Source of the DNA: Endomicrobiales bacterium
Lineage (GTDB): Bacteria; Elusimicrobiota; Endomicrobiia; Endomicrobiales; JALOBY01
Reading direction: 5' to 3'
Length of the DNA stretch: 64,000 nucleotides
Assembly (NCBI GenBank): GCA_963796955.1
Contig: CAWCNJ010000008.1
Location: 352,001-416,000 of the forward strand
The notes beneath the pieces are model-generated. The model ran no database searches, was not told the origin of the DNA, and saw only the letters and a list, made by a program, of their open reading frames with translations. A program made the translations under genes and the position numbers. Numbering within the stretch: position 1 is the first letter of the stretch; every line of letters begins with the position of its first letter. Below are positions 1-10,314 of this stretch, in pieces.

Positions 1-1269
1 TTCGTCGCGCTACTTACGTTCCAGAACCCTGAGAACGGAATTATCTTCCTGGTTTATTCCATGCTGCTTTCACCAGAAATCCCTGTCGGCAATGTTCCAG
101 GCAGAGCAGTGGCCATCCGGGTAGACGATGTACTCATCATTATAGTTTTTGTTGCATGGCTAGCTCATATAAGCGTTCAAAAAGACTGGAAGGGATTCCT
201 TATCACCCCTTTCGACAAACTAATGCTGGCCCTCTGTGGCATATATATTCTCAGCACAAGTTGGGGAATGCTCGAGGGGCGCATTAACCCCGTGAAAGGC
301 ATGTTTTACGCGTTAAAATATATCGAATATTTTATACTTTACTGGATCACTGTAAATACGCTCATTACTGAGACCGCTATCTACAGGTCTGTCCGTGCCG
401 GCTTAATTACCTGCCTTATTGTAACGATTTACGCCTGGTCCATGATGCCAACTCACGCCAGGGTTTCCGCCCCGTTTGACAAGGTGGGCGGAGAGCCGGC
501 ATCCCTGGGCGGCTATTATCTGGTAATATTTTCTGTCCTTATCGCAGCTATTTTGCACGCAGAGACAACATCTTCGGCGCTAATACCTGCCGCGGTTCTG
601 CTTTTCAGCTTCACGCCTTTCGTGCGCACCCTTTCAAGGGCATCCTATTTAGCTTTGATCCCGCTGACTTTGTCAATTTTGGTATTCACCAAAAAGAAAA
701 AGATAATTTACGGGCTCTCTTTGATCGGCAGTATAATATTTATACCTCTGATAGCCCCATCGCTCGTTCACGATGCAATGGCCCGCGTAAATCAGACTTT
801 TACAGCAGGCTCCTCGGCACAGTATAAAGCCGTTGGAAGCATAACAGACCAGTCAGCTCTGGAGCGCATTACCAGCTGGAAAACGATCGTAACAGAAAAA
901 TTGATGCGTACCCCATTCACATTCTTGTTCGGCAACGGCATTACAGGGGTCGGCTTTATTGACGGCCAATTTTTTTCGACCCTCGGAGAAACAGGGGTTA
1001 TGGGCATAATTTTATTTTACGGGCTGATAATTAAAATTTTTCTATTCGCTAAAAAAGTTTACCACGAAAGCTCACGTCCGCTTGCACAGAGTTTATCCCT
1101 TGGGCTTATGACAGCAGTGCCTGCGGTGCTGGCACAGTCTTTTACCACAAACTCATTTATTATTGTACGCATTATGGAGCCGTTCTGGTTCCTTACGGGT
1201 TTGGTGGTCGCGATCCACACTCTTTCAGAACGACAGACAGACGTACCACTGGAGAGCGGCGCACAATGA
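1..1269 (+). CDS. O-antigen ligase/polymerase (Wzy_C/WaaL-like) family membrane protein, 5'-truncated by window edge
   Basis: Frame is open from base 1 (FVALLTFQNPENGIIFLVYSM...); many TM helices; TLSRASY and ETGVMG motifs; lies next to wzx. Confidence 0.8.
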   Translation, partial: FVALLTFQNPENGIIFLVYSMLLSPEIPVGNVPGRAVAIRVDDVLIIIVFVAWLAHISVQKDWKGFLITPFDKLMLALCGIYILSTSWGMLEGRINPVKGMFYALKYIEYFILYWITVNTLITETAIYRSVRAGLITCLIVTIYAWSMMPTHARVSAPFDKVGGEPASLGGYYLVIFSVLIAAILHAETTSSALIPAAVLLFSFTPFVRTLSRASYLALIPLTLSILVFTKKKKIIYGLSLIGSIIFIPLIAPSLVHDAMARVNQTFTAGSSAQYKAVGSITDQSALERITSWKTIVTEKLMRTPFTFLFGNGITGVGFIDGQFFSTLGETGVMGIILFYGLIIKIFLFAKKVYHESSRPLAQSLSLGLMTAVPAVLAQSFTTNSFIIVRIMEPFWFLTGLVVAIHTLSERQTDVPLESGAQ

Positions 1270-2807
1270 CAAAACATTCTGTGTCGCATGGGATATTAAA
1301 GAACGTCACCTGGAATTTTATCGGCAGCGGGTGGCTGATATTTTTAATGTTTTTCTCTACACCATACATCGTGCGCTCGTTCAATGTTGACCTTTATGGT
1401 ATATACACGCTTGTCTTCGTAGTTATCAGTTACCTTTCATTCCTCCAGTTTGGTCTCACGCAGGCCACTATCAGGGCTATCGCTCAGCACCTTGCGTTAA
1501 ACGATACCGAGAACGCCAGGATATCCTTCTGGGCCTGTATGCTTTTTTATATATGCATTGGCCTATTTGGCATGACGGCCATCATGCTTTTTGCGCGATA
1601 TATTCTGGTGACGTTCGCAAAGATCGCCCCGCAATACCAGTCTATCGCGATCGTATCCCTTCGTATAAGCTCTACGGCATTCCTTTTCGGCGTTACGACA
1701 GGCGCCCTCACCGGCGTGCTGCGGGCGCTGGGACGCTTTGATATCGCGAACAGGATATCTATCGGCACAGGTACAGCCCAGATCGGCGGTACAGTAGCGT
1801 TATTAACTTTCCATTATTCCCTGATCCATATAGTCTCTTTTGTCGCACTGGTACAACTCAGCGGTCTGCTGGTCTACTCCTATGAGGTGTACAAACTGGT
1901 TCCCTGGATATTGCACCCCTCCTGGGACAAAAACGCTTTCGTAAAACTCTTCAAATTCGGCGGTTTTGTTTCAATCATATCCATAACCGATCCTATTATG
2001 ATAAACAGTGACAAGATCTTTATTACATCCTTACGCTCTGTAGCGAGCCTGACTTACTACTCTATACCTTATACGATCGTTTCACGCCTTACTATAATAC
2101 CTTCTGCGTTCATGGCTGTCATGTTCCCGATGTTCAGCAAAATGAACCAGATCAAAGATACGAACGCCAACCGCGAATTATATATTCGGAGCATACTGTA
2201 CATGATGTATATATATCTGATAATGATGTTTTTTATTATCACTTTCGGTAAGCAGTTTCTCAACCTCTGGATCGGAGAGGATTTCGCGGTGCGCTCCTCA
2301 ATTCCTCTATATATTTTAACTATCTCGGGCTTTATAAGCACATCGGCAACACCCTCATCAACCCTGCTGCTTGCAGTCGGAAGACCTCACTACCTCGCGT
2401 TACTAAGCGTCATTGAAACAATAATATATGTGCCTGTAAGCTATATGTTGATCCACAAATATGGTAGCACCGGTGCGGCTTCGGCATTGCTACTGTGTAC
2501 CTTTCTTTACGCCACCGCCTTGCAACTCACTACGCTGAAAGTTGTGGGGATCGGACGTTTTACGTTCTTAAGGAAGATCTTTATACCCATGGTGCTCCCA
2601 TTAATTACCGGCGGAACGTTGTTCTTTATACTTCACCGTCTGCATATGAAGTTGACTGCACCCCTCAACCTGCTCAGCCTTATGATCATTTTTATCATTT
2701 ATGGAGCGGTTGTCTGGCACACCGGACTCGATGAATTCGCCAGATGCCGCCTGCGCGAATTTATAGCGTCTATTTTTTCACGTTCGAAGGAGGACAGTCC
2801 TTCATGA
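1266..2807 (+). CDS. wzx: Wzx flippase (polysaccharide biosynthesis export protein)
   Basis: About 14 TM helices; KN..WN start, YG.Y, DK..I, FP.FS and YG..GAA motifs; ATGA overlaps on both sides. Confidence 0.88.
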   Translation: MTKHSVSHGILKNVTWNFIGSGWLIFLMFFSTPYIVRSFNVDLYGIYTLVFVVISYLSFLQFGLTQATIRAIAQHLALNDTENARISFWACMLFYICIGLFGMTAIMLFARYILVTFAKIAPQYQSIAIVSLRISSTAFLFGVTTGALTGVLRALGRFDIANRISIGTGTAQIGGTVALLTFHYSLIHIVSFVALVQLSGLLVYSYEVYKLVPWILHPSWDKNAFVKLFKFGGFVSIISITDPIMINSDKIFITSLRSVASLTYYSIPYTIVSRLTIIPSAFMAVMFPMFSKMNQIKDTNANRELYIRSILYMMYIYLIMMFFIITFGKQFLNLWIGEDFAVRSSIPLYILTISGFISTSATPSSTLLLAVGRPHYLALLSVIETIIYVPVSYMLIHKYGSTGAASALLLCTFLYATALQLTTLKVVGIGRFTFLRKIFIPMVLPLITGGTLFFILHRLHMKLTAPLNLLSLMIIFIIYGAVVWHTGLDEFARCRLREFIASIFSRSKEDSPS

Positions 2808-3733
2808 TAACTAAAACACCTTCCGTCGGAGCGGTCATAGTAACCTACAAAAACACTGTCAACGTATTGAGTCTTGTAAATGATCTTGTTAAACAGACCG
2901 TGCCGCCGCGAGAAATATTCATTATCGATAACGGCGGCGGAAAATGCACACCGGCTTTCGATGGATTCCCCGGAGTACGTTACATCACGATGGTGGAAAA
3001 CACAGGAAGCGCAGGCGGCTACAGCGAAGGGCTTCGTCTGGCCAGCGCCGATAACGATTACGTATTCACGCTTGACGACGATCTGAGACTGATGCCCGAC
3101 GCGATCGGAAAACTGCTTGCAGGATTTACCGCCGCAAAAGGACACACCCGCGCCGCTATTTTAGCCGGACGCGAACGTACTTTTGATACCGGATCATTTA
3201 ACGACCTGTCCCATAAAACTGCGATGGCTGATGCTGAAACTCCCAAATATACGTTCCCAGAGTTGAAAAGATATATGAATTTCGCCTGGAGGGGAAAGTT
3301 ATTTTTGTCAGAGGCCATCAAAACGGCCGGCCTGCCGCGTATAGACTACTTCCTCTACGGCGACGATGCTGAATACTGTTTTCGCCTCGCTAATTTCGGG
3401 TATACCTTTTATCTCATTCCAGATCTGATCTTTTTTGACAGCCGTAAATCGAACAAGTCACAACTATCCCTTTTCCTTACGTCAATTCCAGTATATCGGG
3501 ACTATTTTCGCACTTATTACGCCTTACGAAACGACCTGAACATACACCTCGAATATAAACAATATCCTAAAGTCGTCATAGTCATCGGACATTCTATAAA
3601 AATGATTATCGGACTACTGCTTAATCCTGCATCGTGCAGTAAACGTTACCTGATGGCGATTGCAGCAGGTTTGCTGGACGGTTTCAGATATCGTCTCGGT
3701 AAAAATGCGCGCTATCTGCCGGAGAACAAATGA
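2804..3733 (+). CDS. GT2 glycosyltransferase (rhamnosyltransferase-like)
   Basis: VIVTYK, IIDN, ENTGSAGG, LDDD, FLYGDD motifs; start moved to ATG 2804 (AGGAGG RBS, ATGA overlap). Confidence 0.85.
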   Translation: MITKTPSVGAVIVTYKNTVNVLSLVNDLVKQTVPPREIFIIDNGGGKCTPAFDGFPGVRYITMVENTGSAGGYSEGLRLASADNDYVFTLDDDLRLMPDAIGKLLAGFTAAKGHTRAAILAGRERTFDTGSFNDLSHKTAMADAETPKYTFPELKRYMNFAWRGKLFLSEAIKTAGLPRIDYFLYGDDAEYCFRLANFGYTFYLIPDLIFFDSRKSNKSQLSLFLTSIPVYRDYFRTYYALRNDLNIHLEYKQYPKVVIVIGHSIKMIIGLLLNPASCSKRYLMAIAAGLLDGFRYRLGKNARYLPENK

Positions 3734-4752
3734 AGATCCTTTTTGCAGGGTGGCATAATCCTAATTTCAGATCTATAACTGAGTACTGCGAGAGCGCGCT
3801 AGTGGATCTCGGGCACGATGTTATACCTTTTGAATACCGGCAGTACATGGCCCCGGGGGTATTGAGAAATGCGCTGCCGTTCGTTGATGCCCTCGATAAC
3901 GCAAGGATAAACACAAAGCTCATAAACACGGTAAAAAAGATCAAGCCCGCACTTGTATTTGTGCTCCAGGGCGCCAACATTCTGCCGGGTACGATCGACC
4001 ATATCCGCGAGACGTACAAAATCCCCTGTGTAAATTGGTTCATAGACTATCCTCCCAATTTCGATATTTCGCAGAAAATCGTTAAACACTATGACCACTT
4101 TTTTGTAAGCACCTCTCACGCGACGTTAAGACATCATAATCTCGGTAATACCGGTGTCAAAACACTCGATTTTGCCTGCGACCCAGACGTTCATAAAAAG
4201 ATATCGTTATCGGAAGCGGAAGTAAGCAAATACGGGAATGATGTCGTATTTGTAGGTTCTTACTATCCCGAAAGGGAAAACGCGCTTTCGGCGCTTGGCG
4301 GCTTTGATGTTGGTTTATGGGGCCCTGCCTGGGAGAAACTTTCATCAAACCCTACCGTAAGAAGCTTCATTAAGGGCGGACAGACCACACCCGAAGAGTG
4401 GGTAAAGATCTACAACGCTTCAAAGATAGTGCTGAACATTAATTACGGCTTCGGCAGGCTTCCTGAGCTGGACTGCAACCCGGGCAGCACTAAACTTTTC
4501 GAGATCCAGGCCTGCGGGGCCTTCGAGCTTGTCGACAATAAAAAGGCCATAACCGATAAATTCGAGAACGGCAGGCACCTGGTAACATTTAACGACAACG
4601 CGGAGCTCAAACAAATGATACGGTATTACCTTGACCACGCCGATGACAGGGAAAGAATCGCGGACAACGGCAGAAAGGAGGTTTTGGCAAAACACACCTA
4701 CAAAGACCGGATGAAGCAGATGCTTTCCACGGTTTTTCCGTGTAATGCCTGA
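3730..4752 (+). CDS. CgeB-like glycosyltransferase (Glyco_trans_1_2)
   Basis: FACDP..H, VFVGSYYPER, YNASKIVLN, FEIQACG, HTY..R motifs. Confidence 0.85.
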   Translation: MKILFAGWHNPNFRSITEYCESALVDLGHDVIPFEYRQYMAPGVLRNALPFVDALDNARINTKLINTVKKIKPALVFVLQGANILPGTIDHIRETYKIPCVNWFIDYPPNFDISQKIVKHYDHFFVSTSHATLRHHNLGNTGVKTLDFACDPDVHKKISLSEAEVSKYGNDVVFVGSYYPERENALSALGGFDVGLWGPAWEKLSSNPTVRSFIKGGQTTPEEWVKIYNASKIVLNINYGFGRLPELDCNPGSTKLFEIQACGAFELVDNKKAITDKFENGRHLVTFNDNAELKQMIRYYLDHADDRERIADNGRKEVLAKHTYKDRMKQMLSTVFPCNA

Positions 4753-4766
4753 TTTGCCAATTAACT

Positions 4767-5378
4767 ATGAAAAAAGAACAAAGTGCTTTTTATAAAACTT
4801 TTATTAAACATCCAGCTAAAAGACTCATCTGCTGGCTGCGCGGTATAAAAGCAGGGGAAAATACGTTCATATCATTTAAAGCGGGACTAAAAAGGCCATC
4901 GAATATGACTTTAGGGTCGGATGTGGTAGTGGAGAATTATGCACGTCTGGAATGCGTTAACAAATCATCACATTTATCTATTGGCAATGGAACCTTCATA
5001 AGGCCATACGCCTATTTAAAAGCGGACAACGGCACCGTGCGGATAGGGACAAATTGCGCGTTTAACGATTTCTGTGTATTGAATGGGGTCGGTGATATCA
5101 CGATTGGAAATGATGTGCACATAGCTTCCCATACCGTTATCGTGTCCATGAACCATGTATACGCCGACCCCGGCAAATGCATTTTTGATCAGGGAACCAG
5201 CCACAAGGGTATCTCAATCGGCAACGATGTCTGGATAGGATCTTCGGTGGTCATACTGGATGGCGCCAAGATAGGCAGCGGCTCTGTCATCGGCGCAGGT
5301 TCCGTTGTGACAAAGGAAATACCGCCGTTCTCGATTGCCGTCGGCGTTCCGGCAAAGGTAATTAAACAACGTAAATGA
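4767..5378 (+). CDS. Left-handed beta-helix O-acetyltransferase
   Basis: Hexapeptide repeats; IGNDVWIG...IGAGSVVTK...GVPAK. Confidence 0.9.
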   Translation: MKKEQSAFYKTFIKHPAKRLICWLRGIKAGENTFISFKAGLKRPSNMTLGSDVVVENYARLECVNKSSHLSIGNGTFIRPYAYLKADNGTVRIGTNCAFNDFCVLNGVGDITIGNDVHIASHTVIVSMNHVYADPGKCIFDQGTSHKGISIGNDVWIGSSVVILDGAKIGSGSVIGAGSVVTKEIPPFSIAVGVPAKVIKQRK

Positions 5379-6478
5379 AAAACGTACTCATTCAATCAAA
5401 CTTCGCGTCCCTGACAAGGGGCGGTCAGAGGAGTATCTCTTACATCCTGCGCGACATAGACCGCGCGCGCTATGCACCCGTCCTTATTTGCCAGGAAGAG
5501 GGGGATATAACAGAACAGGCCCGCAGGCTGAATATACCAGTGTACATATTCCCTTTGCCTCACCTCCGCCCCGGTAATTTCGTGGCCGTGTTAAAAACCG
5601 TCGCGCGCCTGAGAGATATTATCATTAAACACCAGATTACCATCTGCCACAACGAAGATCTTCTGGCGGCATTTCTAGCATGGGTCGCGAAAACCTTTCT
5701 TCGGCCAAAAGTCTCGGTTATATGGCACGTAAGGGTTTTGGATCCCACCCCCATACGAAAAATGTTGTCACTGCTTTTCCTCGACGGAGTCATCGGGGTT
5801 TCAGGAGCTGTCGCGAATTCGTTCCCTCGGTCAAACAAAGTCAAAGTTGTATACAACGGCATCGACGCCTGTGAATTTGATCCGGCCAAAGTGAAGCCTT
5901 TTAGCTCGCGTCTATTTCCAGAAAATGTTCCGATCATAGGATACCTGGGGGCCCTTAATGAATTCAAAGGCGCTCACATAGTGATAGCTGCCTTACAGAA
6001 AGTTTTTAAAGAAAATGCTGACACACTGTGCGTACTGGTCGGCACGGGCGACGAAGCCTACACCCGGCGACTTATCTCAACAGCAAAAGACACAGGCATT
6101 TCCAACCGAGTAATTTTCCTCGGGCAGGCGCTGCCCGCAGTCACACAGTCCATCATGCGCAGATTCACTATTTTCACAATGCCGTCGCTGGCAGCCGAAG
6201 GTTTTTCGCGCAGCCTGCTGGAGGCGCTGGTGCTCGAACGCCCCGTCGTTGCCGCTGCCATACCAACAACTGCAGAAGCAATTATCCATAAAAAAACAGG
6301 ATTGTTGTATGAGCCGAAAAACCCCGATTCCTGCGCACAAGCGATACTTACTCTTTTAAACGATCCGGTGCAGGCCGGCATATTGGGCAAACAGGCCAGG
6401 CTTGATGTTATTGAACGTTTCCCGTTAACAAACACTATAAAAGGTATTCACTCTATTTACGAATCATTTGAGAAATGA
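5375..6478 (+). CDS. GT4 glycosyltransferase
   Basis: GGQ, YNGID, EGFSRSLLEA (EX7E) motifs. Confidence 0.9.
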   Translation: MKNVLIQSNFASLTRGGQRSISYILRDIDRARYAPVLICQEEGDITEQARRLNIPVYIFPLPHLRPGNFVAVLKTVARLRDIIIKHQITICHNEDLLAAFLAWVAKTFLRPKVSVIWHVRVLDPTPIRKMLSLLFLDGVIGVSGAVANSFPRSNKVKVVYNGIDACEFDPAKVKPFSSRLFPENVPIIGYLGALNEFKGAHIVIAALQKVFKENADTLCVLVGTGDEAYTRRLISTAKDTGISNRVIFLGQALPAVTQSIMRRFTIFTMPSLAAEGFSRSLLEALVLERPVVAAAIPTTAEAIIHKKTGLLYEPKNPDSCAQAILTLLNDPVQAGILGKQARLDVIERFPLTNTIKGIHSIYESFEK

Positions 6479-6503
6479 GATCAGGCCGCAAGTCGGAGAA
6501 TCA

Positions 6504-7598
6504 ATGAAAACAGTCATCATTCAATCGAACTATGCGACACTCGCCCGCGGCGGGCAAAAAAGCATCTCGTATATTTTGCGGGATATCGACCGCACGCGCT
6601 TTTTTCCCGTTCTTATGTGTCAGGAGGAAGGTGAGCTAACGGAGATCGCGCGCAAGATGGACATCCCGGTCGTAATTTTTAGATTGCCACGCTTACTCCC
6701 ATGGCATTTACTGTCTTTACTACGCTCATGTTTCCGCATACGAAAGCTGGTAAGGCAATACCGCGCAGATATCTGTCACTGCGAAGATTTTTCTGCTTTT
6801 TTTCTTTTCCGGACTGTAAAATATTGTATGGCCGGCAAATTCAAGGTACTCTGGCACGTGCGCGTGATAGAACATACGCCAGTACGCAAATGGCTGGCAT
6901 TGCATGTTGGCGACGGAGTGATCACCGTCTCCAGGGCGGTGGCCGATACCTTCCCGCCATCCACTGATATCCATATTATCCCTAACGGTATTGATCCACT
7001 TGAACTTGATCCTGAGAAGGTTAAGCCATTTATATCTCCGCGTTTTCCTGACAACGTTCCCATTATAGGCTATCTTGGCGCGCTCGTCGAGCAAAAAGGC
7101 GCCCACATACTGATGGCTGCCCTTCCGGCTGTATTTGCTGAGAACCCGACAGCTCTCTGTGTTTTAGTCGGTTCGGGAGAGGCTGCTTATATTCGCGCTC
7201 TCTCGTCCTTGGCCACGGAGCGGGGCATCACTAAGAATATCATTTTCTGGGGCGAGGCTCACGGAGCCGAAACAACAGCTCTACTAAGAAGCTTTACGGT
7301 GTTTTTGATGCCCTCATTTTCTGAAGGCTTTTCCAGGAGCCTGCTTGAAGCCATGTCCCTTGAACGGCCGACGGTTGCCTCCAACATAGCCGCGCACAGG
7401 GAACTGGTAGTCGCAGGTGTGACAGGTTTATTGTACGACGTTTACAGTCCCGCCGGTTGCGCAGCTGCGATCAATTCGGTGCTTGCTGACCCGGCCAAAG
7501 CCGCCAGCTACGGCAAAATGGGCAAAGAACGCACCTTGGCTTTCTACACCGTAGAGAAAACTATGAAAGGAATTCAAAAACTCTATGATTCGCTCTGA
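6504..7598 (+). CDS. GT4 glycosyltransferase, paralog of the preceding gene
   Basis: Start ATG 6504 (GGAG RBS); N-terminus aligns to the 5375 gene; EGFSRSLLEA motif. Confidence 0.9.
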   Translation: MKTVIIQSNYATLARGGQKSISYILRDIDRTRFFPVLMCQEEGELTEIARKMDIPVVIFRLPRLLPWHLLSLLRSCFRIRKLVRQYRADICHCEDFSAFFLFRTVKYCMAGKFKVLWHVRVIEHTPVRKWLALHVGDGVITVSRAVADTFPPSTDIHIIPNGIDPLELDPEKVKPFISPRFPDNVPIIGYLGALVEQKGAHILMAALPAVFAENPTALCVLVGSGEAAYIRALSSLATERGITKNIIFWGEAHGAETTALLRSFTVFLMPSFSEGFSRSLLEAMSLERPTVASNIAAHRELVVAGVTGLLYDVYSPAGCAAAINSVLADPAKAASYGKMGKERTLAFYTVEKTMKGIQKLYDSL

Positions 7599-8697
7599 AA
7601 CCGGCAACAAAAGGGTTTTGTACGTCGATTTTCCCCTGGTACCTTCCGGAGGGGGACAATTCAGTCTGGCCGCGATGGTCTGCAACCTGAGATCATGGTC
7701 TCCGGTCATGGCTGTCAGCTGTTACAGCGATGCCTACGATATCGCAAAAGCAAAGGGCGTGCCCATCGCTATCAGCCCGATAAGGAAACGGAACCTGCCC
7801 GTAGACCTGTTGAGGGCTTTATTACTGGTTAACAGGATCAAGCCGGCTGTCATCCATTGTAATTCAGCTACGACATTTTTTACATTTGTCTATGCCTTTA
7901 TCGCCCGGATCAATAAAATACCTTTCCTGTGGCATTCCAGAGTATTAGAGACAGCCGGCTGGAAAGATGATGTCATCGTCCGCCTCGCCTGCAGGACGAT
8001 AGCAATATCCGAGGCCGTCAAGAATAAGTTCGGGCGTAACACCGATAAAAGCAGCATATCGGTGCTCTATAATGCCGTGGATACAAAACGTTTTTGTTGC
8101 AACATGGATACGACCAAGCAGCGCGAAATGCTTGGGCTGCCTGCGGACCAGCTGCTGATCGGCGTATTTTCAAGGCTTGATTGGTGGAAAGGACATATAG
8201 TGCTTATAGATGCCGTGCAAAAAACCATCAGGCGCATCAACAGCGATAAAGTTACTCTGCTGATCGCCGGCGATGGGCCTTGCAGGGAAGAAATTAAAGC
8301 CAGAGCGCGCACGACTTTGGGCGCAAGAGCTGTTTTTATCGACCACAGGGCAGATGTCGCGGAGCTTATGAACCTGTGCGATATTATCGTAAACCCTTCA
8401 ACGGAACCTGAACCGTTTGGAAGAACCATCATTGAGGCCATGGCCTGCGGCAAGCCGGTGATCGCCACAGGGATCGGAGGTCCGCTTGAAATAATCAGCC
8501 ACGAACGCGACGGCTTTCTGTGCGAACCCTCAGCAGAACCTATGGCCTTGATATTAGAAAAACTGCTGATTGATCCGGCTCTGCGCGCTGCTACCGGATC
8601 CAGGGCCCGCGAAACCGTCCTCAAAAGATTCATGGTTCAGTCGCAGATAGCTGCGCTTGAAGATATTTACGACTCAATAACAAAAGGGGCGGTATGA
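7585..8697 (+). CDS. GT4 glycosyltransferase
   Basis: GGGQ, RLDWWKG, EPFGRTIIEAMACG motifs. Confidence 0.9.
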   Translation: MIRSETGNKRVLYVDFPLVPSGGGQFSLAAMVCNLRSWSPVMAVSCYSDAYDIAKAKGVPIAISPIRKRNLPVDLLRALLLVNRIKPAVIHCNSATTFFTFVYAFIARINKIPFLWHSRVLETAGWKDDVIVRLACRTIAISEAVKNKFGRNTDKSSISVLYNAVDTKRFCCNMDTTKQREMLGLPADQLLIGVFSRLDWWKGHIVLIDAVQKTIRRINSDKVTLLIAGDGPCREEIKARARTTLGARAVFIDHRADVAELMNLCDIIVNPSTEPEPFGRTIIEAMACGKPVIATGIGGPLEIISHERDGFLCEPSAEPMALILEKLLIDPALRAATGSRARETVLKRFMVQSQIAALEDIYDSITKGAV

Positions 8698-9218
8698 ATA
8701 ACCACAAAAGCTGCAGACTGAACCTTGGTTCCGGCGGAAAACCTCTGGAGGGTTATATTAATGTCGACATCAACCCGAAAGCGCCGGGGGTCGCCATTGT
8801 GCATAATCTGGATGTCTATCCCTGGCCTTTTGAAGATAACACCGCATCCGAGATAGTTTTAGACCAGTGCCTCGAACATATAACAGACCATAATAGAGCC
8901 ATGAAAGAGATACACCGTATACTTACACCGGGCGGGATCGCGAATATATCGGTGCCGCACTTTACCTGGCAATTTGCTTTCCACGACCCCACCCATAAAC
9001 ATTTCTTCGGCTATAACACATTTTTTTATTATGCCAGGGATTGTGGGTATTTCGATTTTCAGTTCTCAAAATGCAGGGTTAAGATCATTTTCGGGAAAAG
9101 ACTTTCCTTATGGAACTTCCTTTTAGAACCATTCGCTAATCTCTTCCCGAATGCCTACGAACAAAGTCCATTGCGTATATTTCCCGCGATCAGTATTGAC
9201 GCCGTACTGGAGAAATAA
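8694..9218 (+). CDS. Class I SAM-dependent methyltransferase (type 11)
   Basis: LNLGSG, LEH, EIHRILTPGG, DPTH motifs. Confidence 0.85.
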   Translation: MNNHKSCRLNLGSGGKPLEGYINVDINPKAPGVAIVHNLDVYPWPFEDNTASEIVLDQCLEHITDHNRAMKEIHRILTPGGIANISVPHFTWQFAFHDPTHKHFFGYNTFFYYARDCGYFDFQFSKCRVKIIFGKRLSLWNFLLEPFANLFPNAYEQSPLRIFPAISIDAVLEK

Positions 9219-9221
9219 TTG

Positions 9222-10314
9222 ATGGCGCTAAGGTCTCTGATCAAGAGTATCACGCTGCCCGCCTATTTTTTCATCAGGGGTCTTGCCCTCTTTTTTTTTG
9301 CGTGTCAGAAAAATCACGTGCGCGGCCGGCCCTGAGCCGCGCATTTTGATACTACGTTTAGACCGTATCGGCGACCTGGTGCTTACGACACCGCTCTTTA
9401 AAATTTTAAAGCATAATTTTCCAGCGGCTAAGATAACGGTGCTCATAAGACCCGGAGCCAAAGATATCCTGGAAAACAACCCCTTCATCGAAAACGTCGT
9501 AATTCACAGCTCTTTCCTGGACGATATGCACGCACTGAAAGGCAGGTTTGATATCGTGATCGATCCGTTGATGAATTACGATCTGGCGCCTGCGCTTTTA
9601 GCCCGCTTTATTAACGCTGAATGCTCAATAGGCTTCGATATTGGGAACAGGGGTTTACTATTTTCATCGCCGGTTCAACTTTCAAGGGACAAGAAGCATT
9701 TTACAGCTCACTTTGCCGAGCTGTTGTCCCCGTTGAATATTGTTGTTGACCCCGCGCAGCTTACACCTGAAATATACCTTAATGAAAAAAATGCGAGGCC
9801 GCCATTCCCTGCGGATCAGGAGGAACCTCTCATTTGCATCCATCCCGGTGGATTTTACCCTTCACAACGCTGGCCGGAGGATTCTTTCGCGCAGCTGATC
9901 ACCTTGTGTTCACAGAAATATCCTGCGGCGCACTTCGCGCTTCTCGGCACCGAAAATGATGTTATAACCTTGATAATGAATAGACTGCCCCCAAACACAC
10001 TGCACAATATCCTGTCCCTGAAAGCCGGCAGCCTGCAGGACACGATTCGCATGATAAACCGCTCCGTACTTTTTATAGGGAATAATTCGGGTCTGCTGCA
10101 CATCGCCACCGCCCTGAAAGTACCGACGGTTTCAACAATGGGACCTACTATCCAATGGCTCTGGCATCCGTGTGGGGTGCCGGAAAGAAATATTGTTGTA
10201 AGGTCGCCTGCACTTTGCCTGTCCTGCCTTAATGGTTACAGCGAGCACCATACCTGTTTAACTTCGATCGGTGTCGATGAAATGTTTTCAGCGGTTCAAA
10301 GGATCCTGGCATAA
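9222..10314 (+). CDS. GT9 (ADP-heptose:LPS heptosyltransferase family), +1 frameshift in T9 tract 9291-9299
   Basis: ATG 9222 reads MALRSLIKSITLPAYFFIRGLALFF and joins the 9283 ORF (LRLDRIGDLV, IHPG, GNNSGLLHIA) if the tract is T8. Confidence 0.8.
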
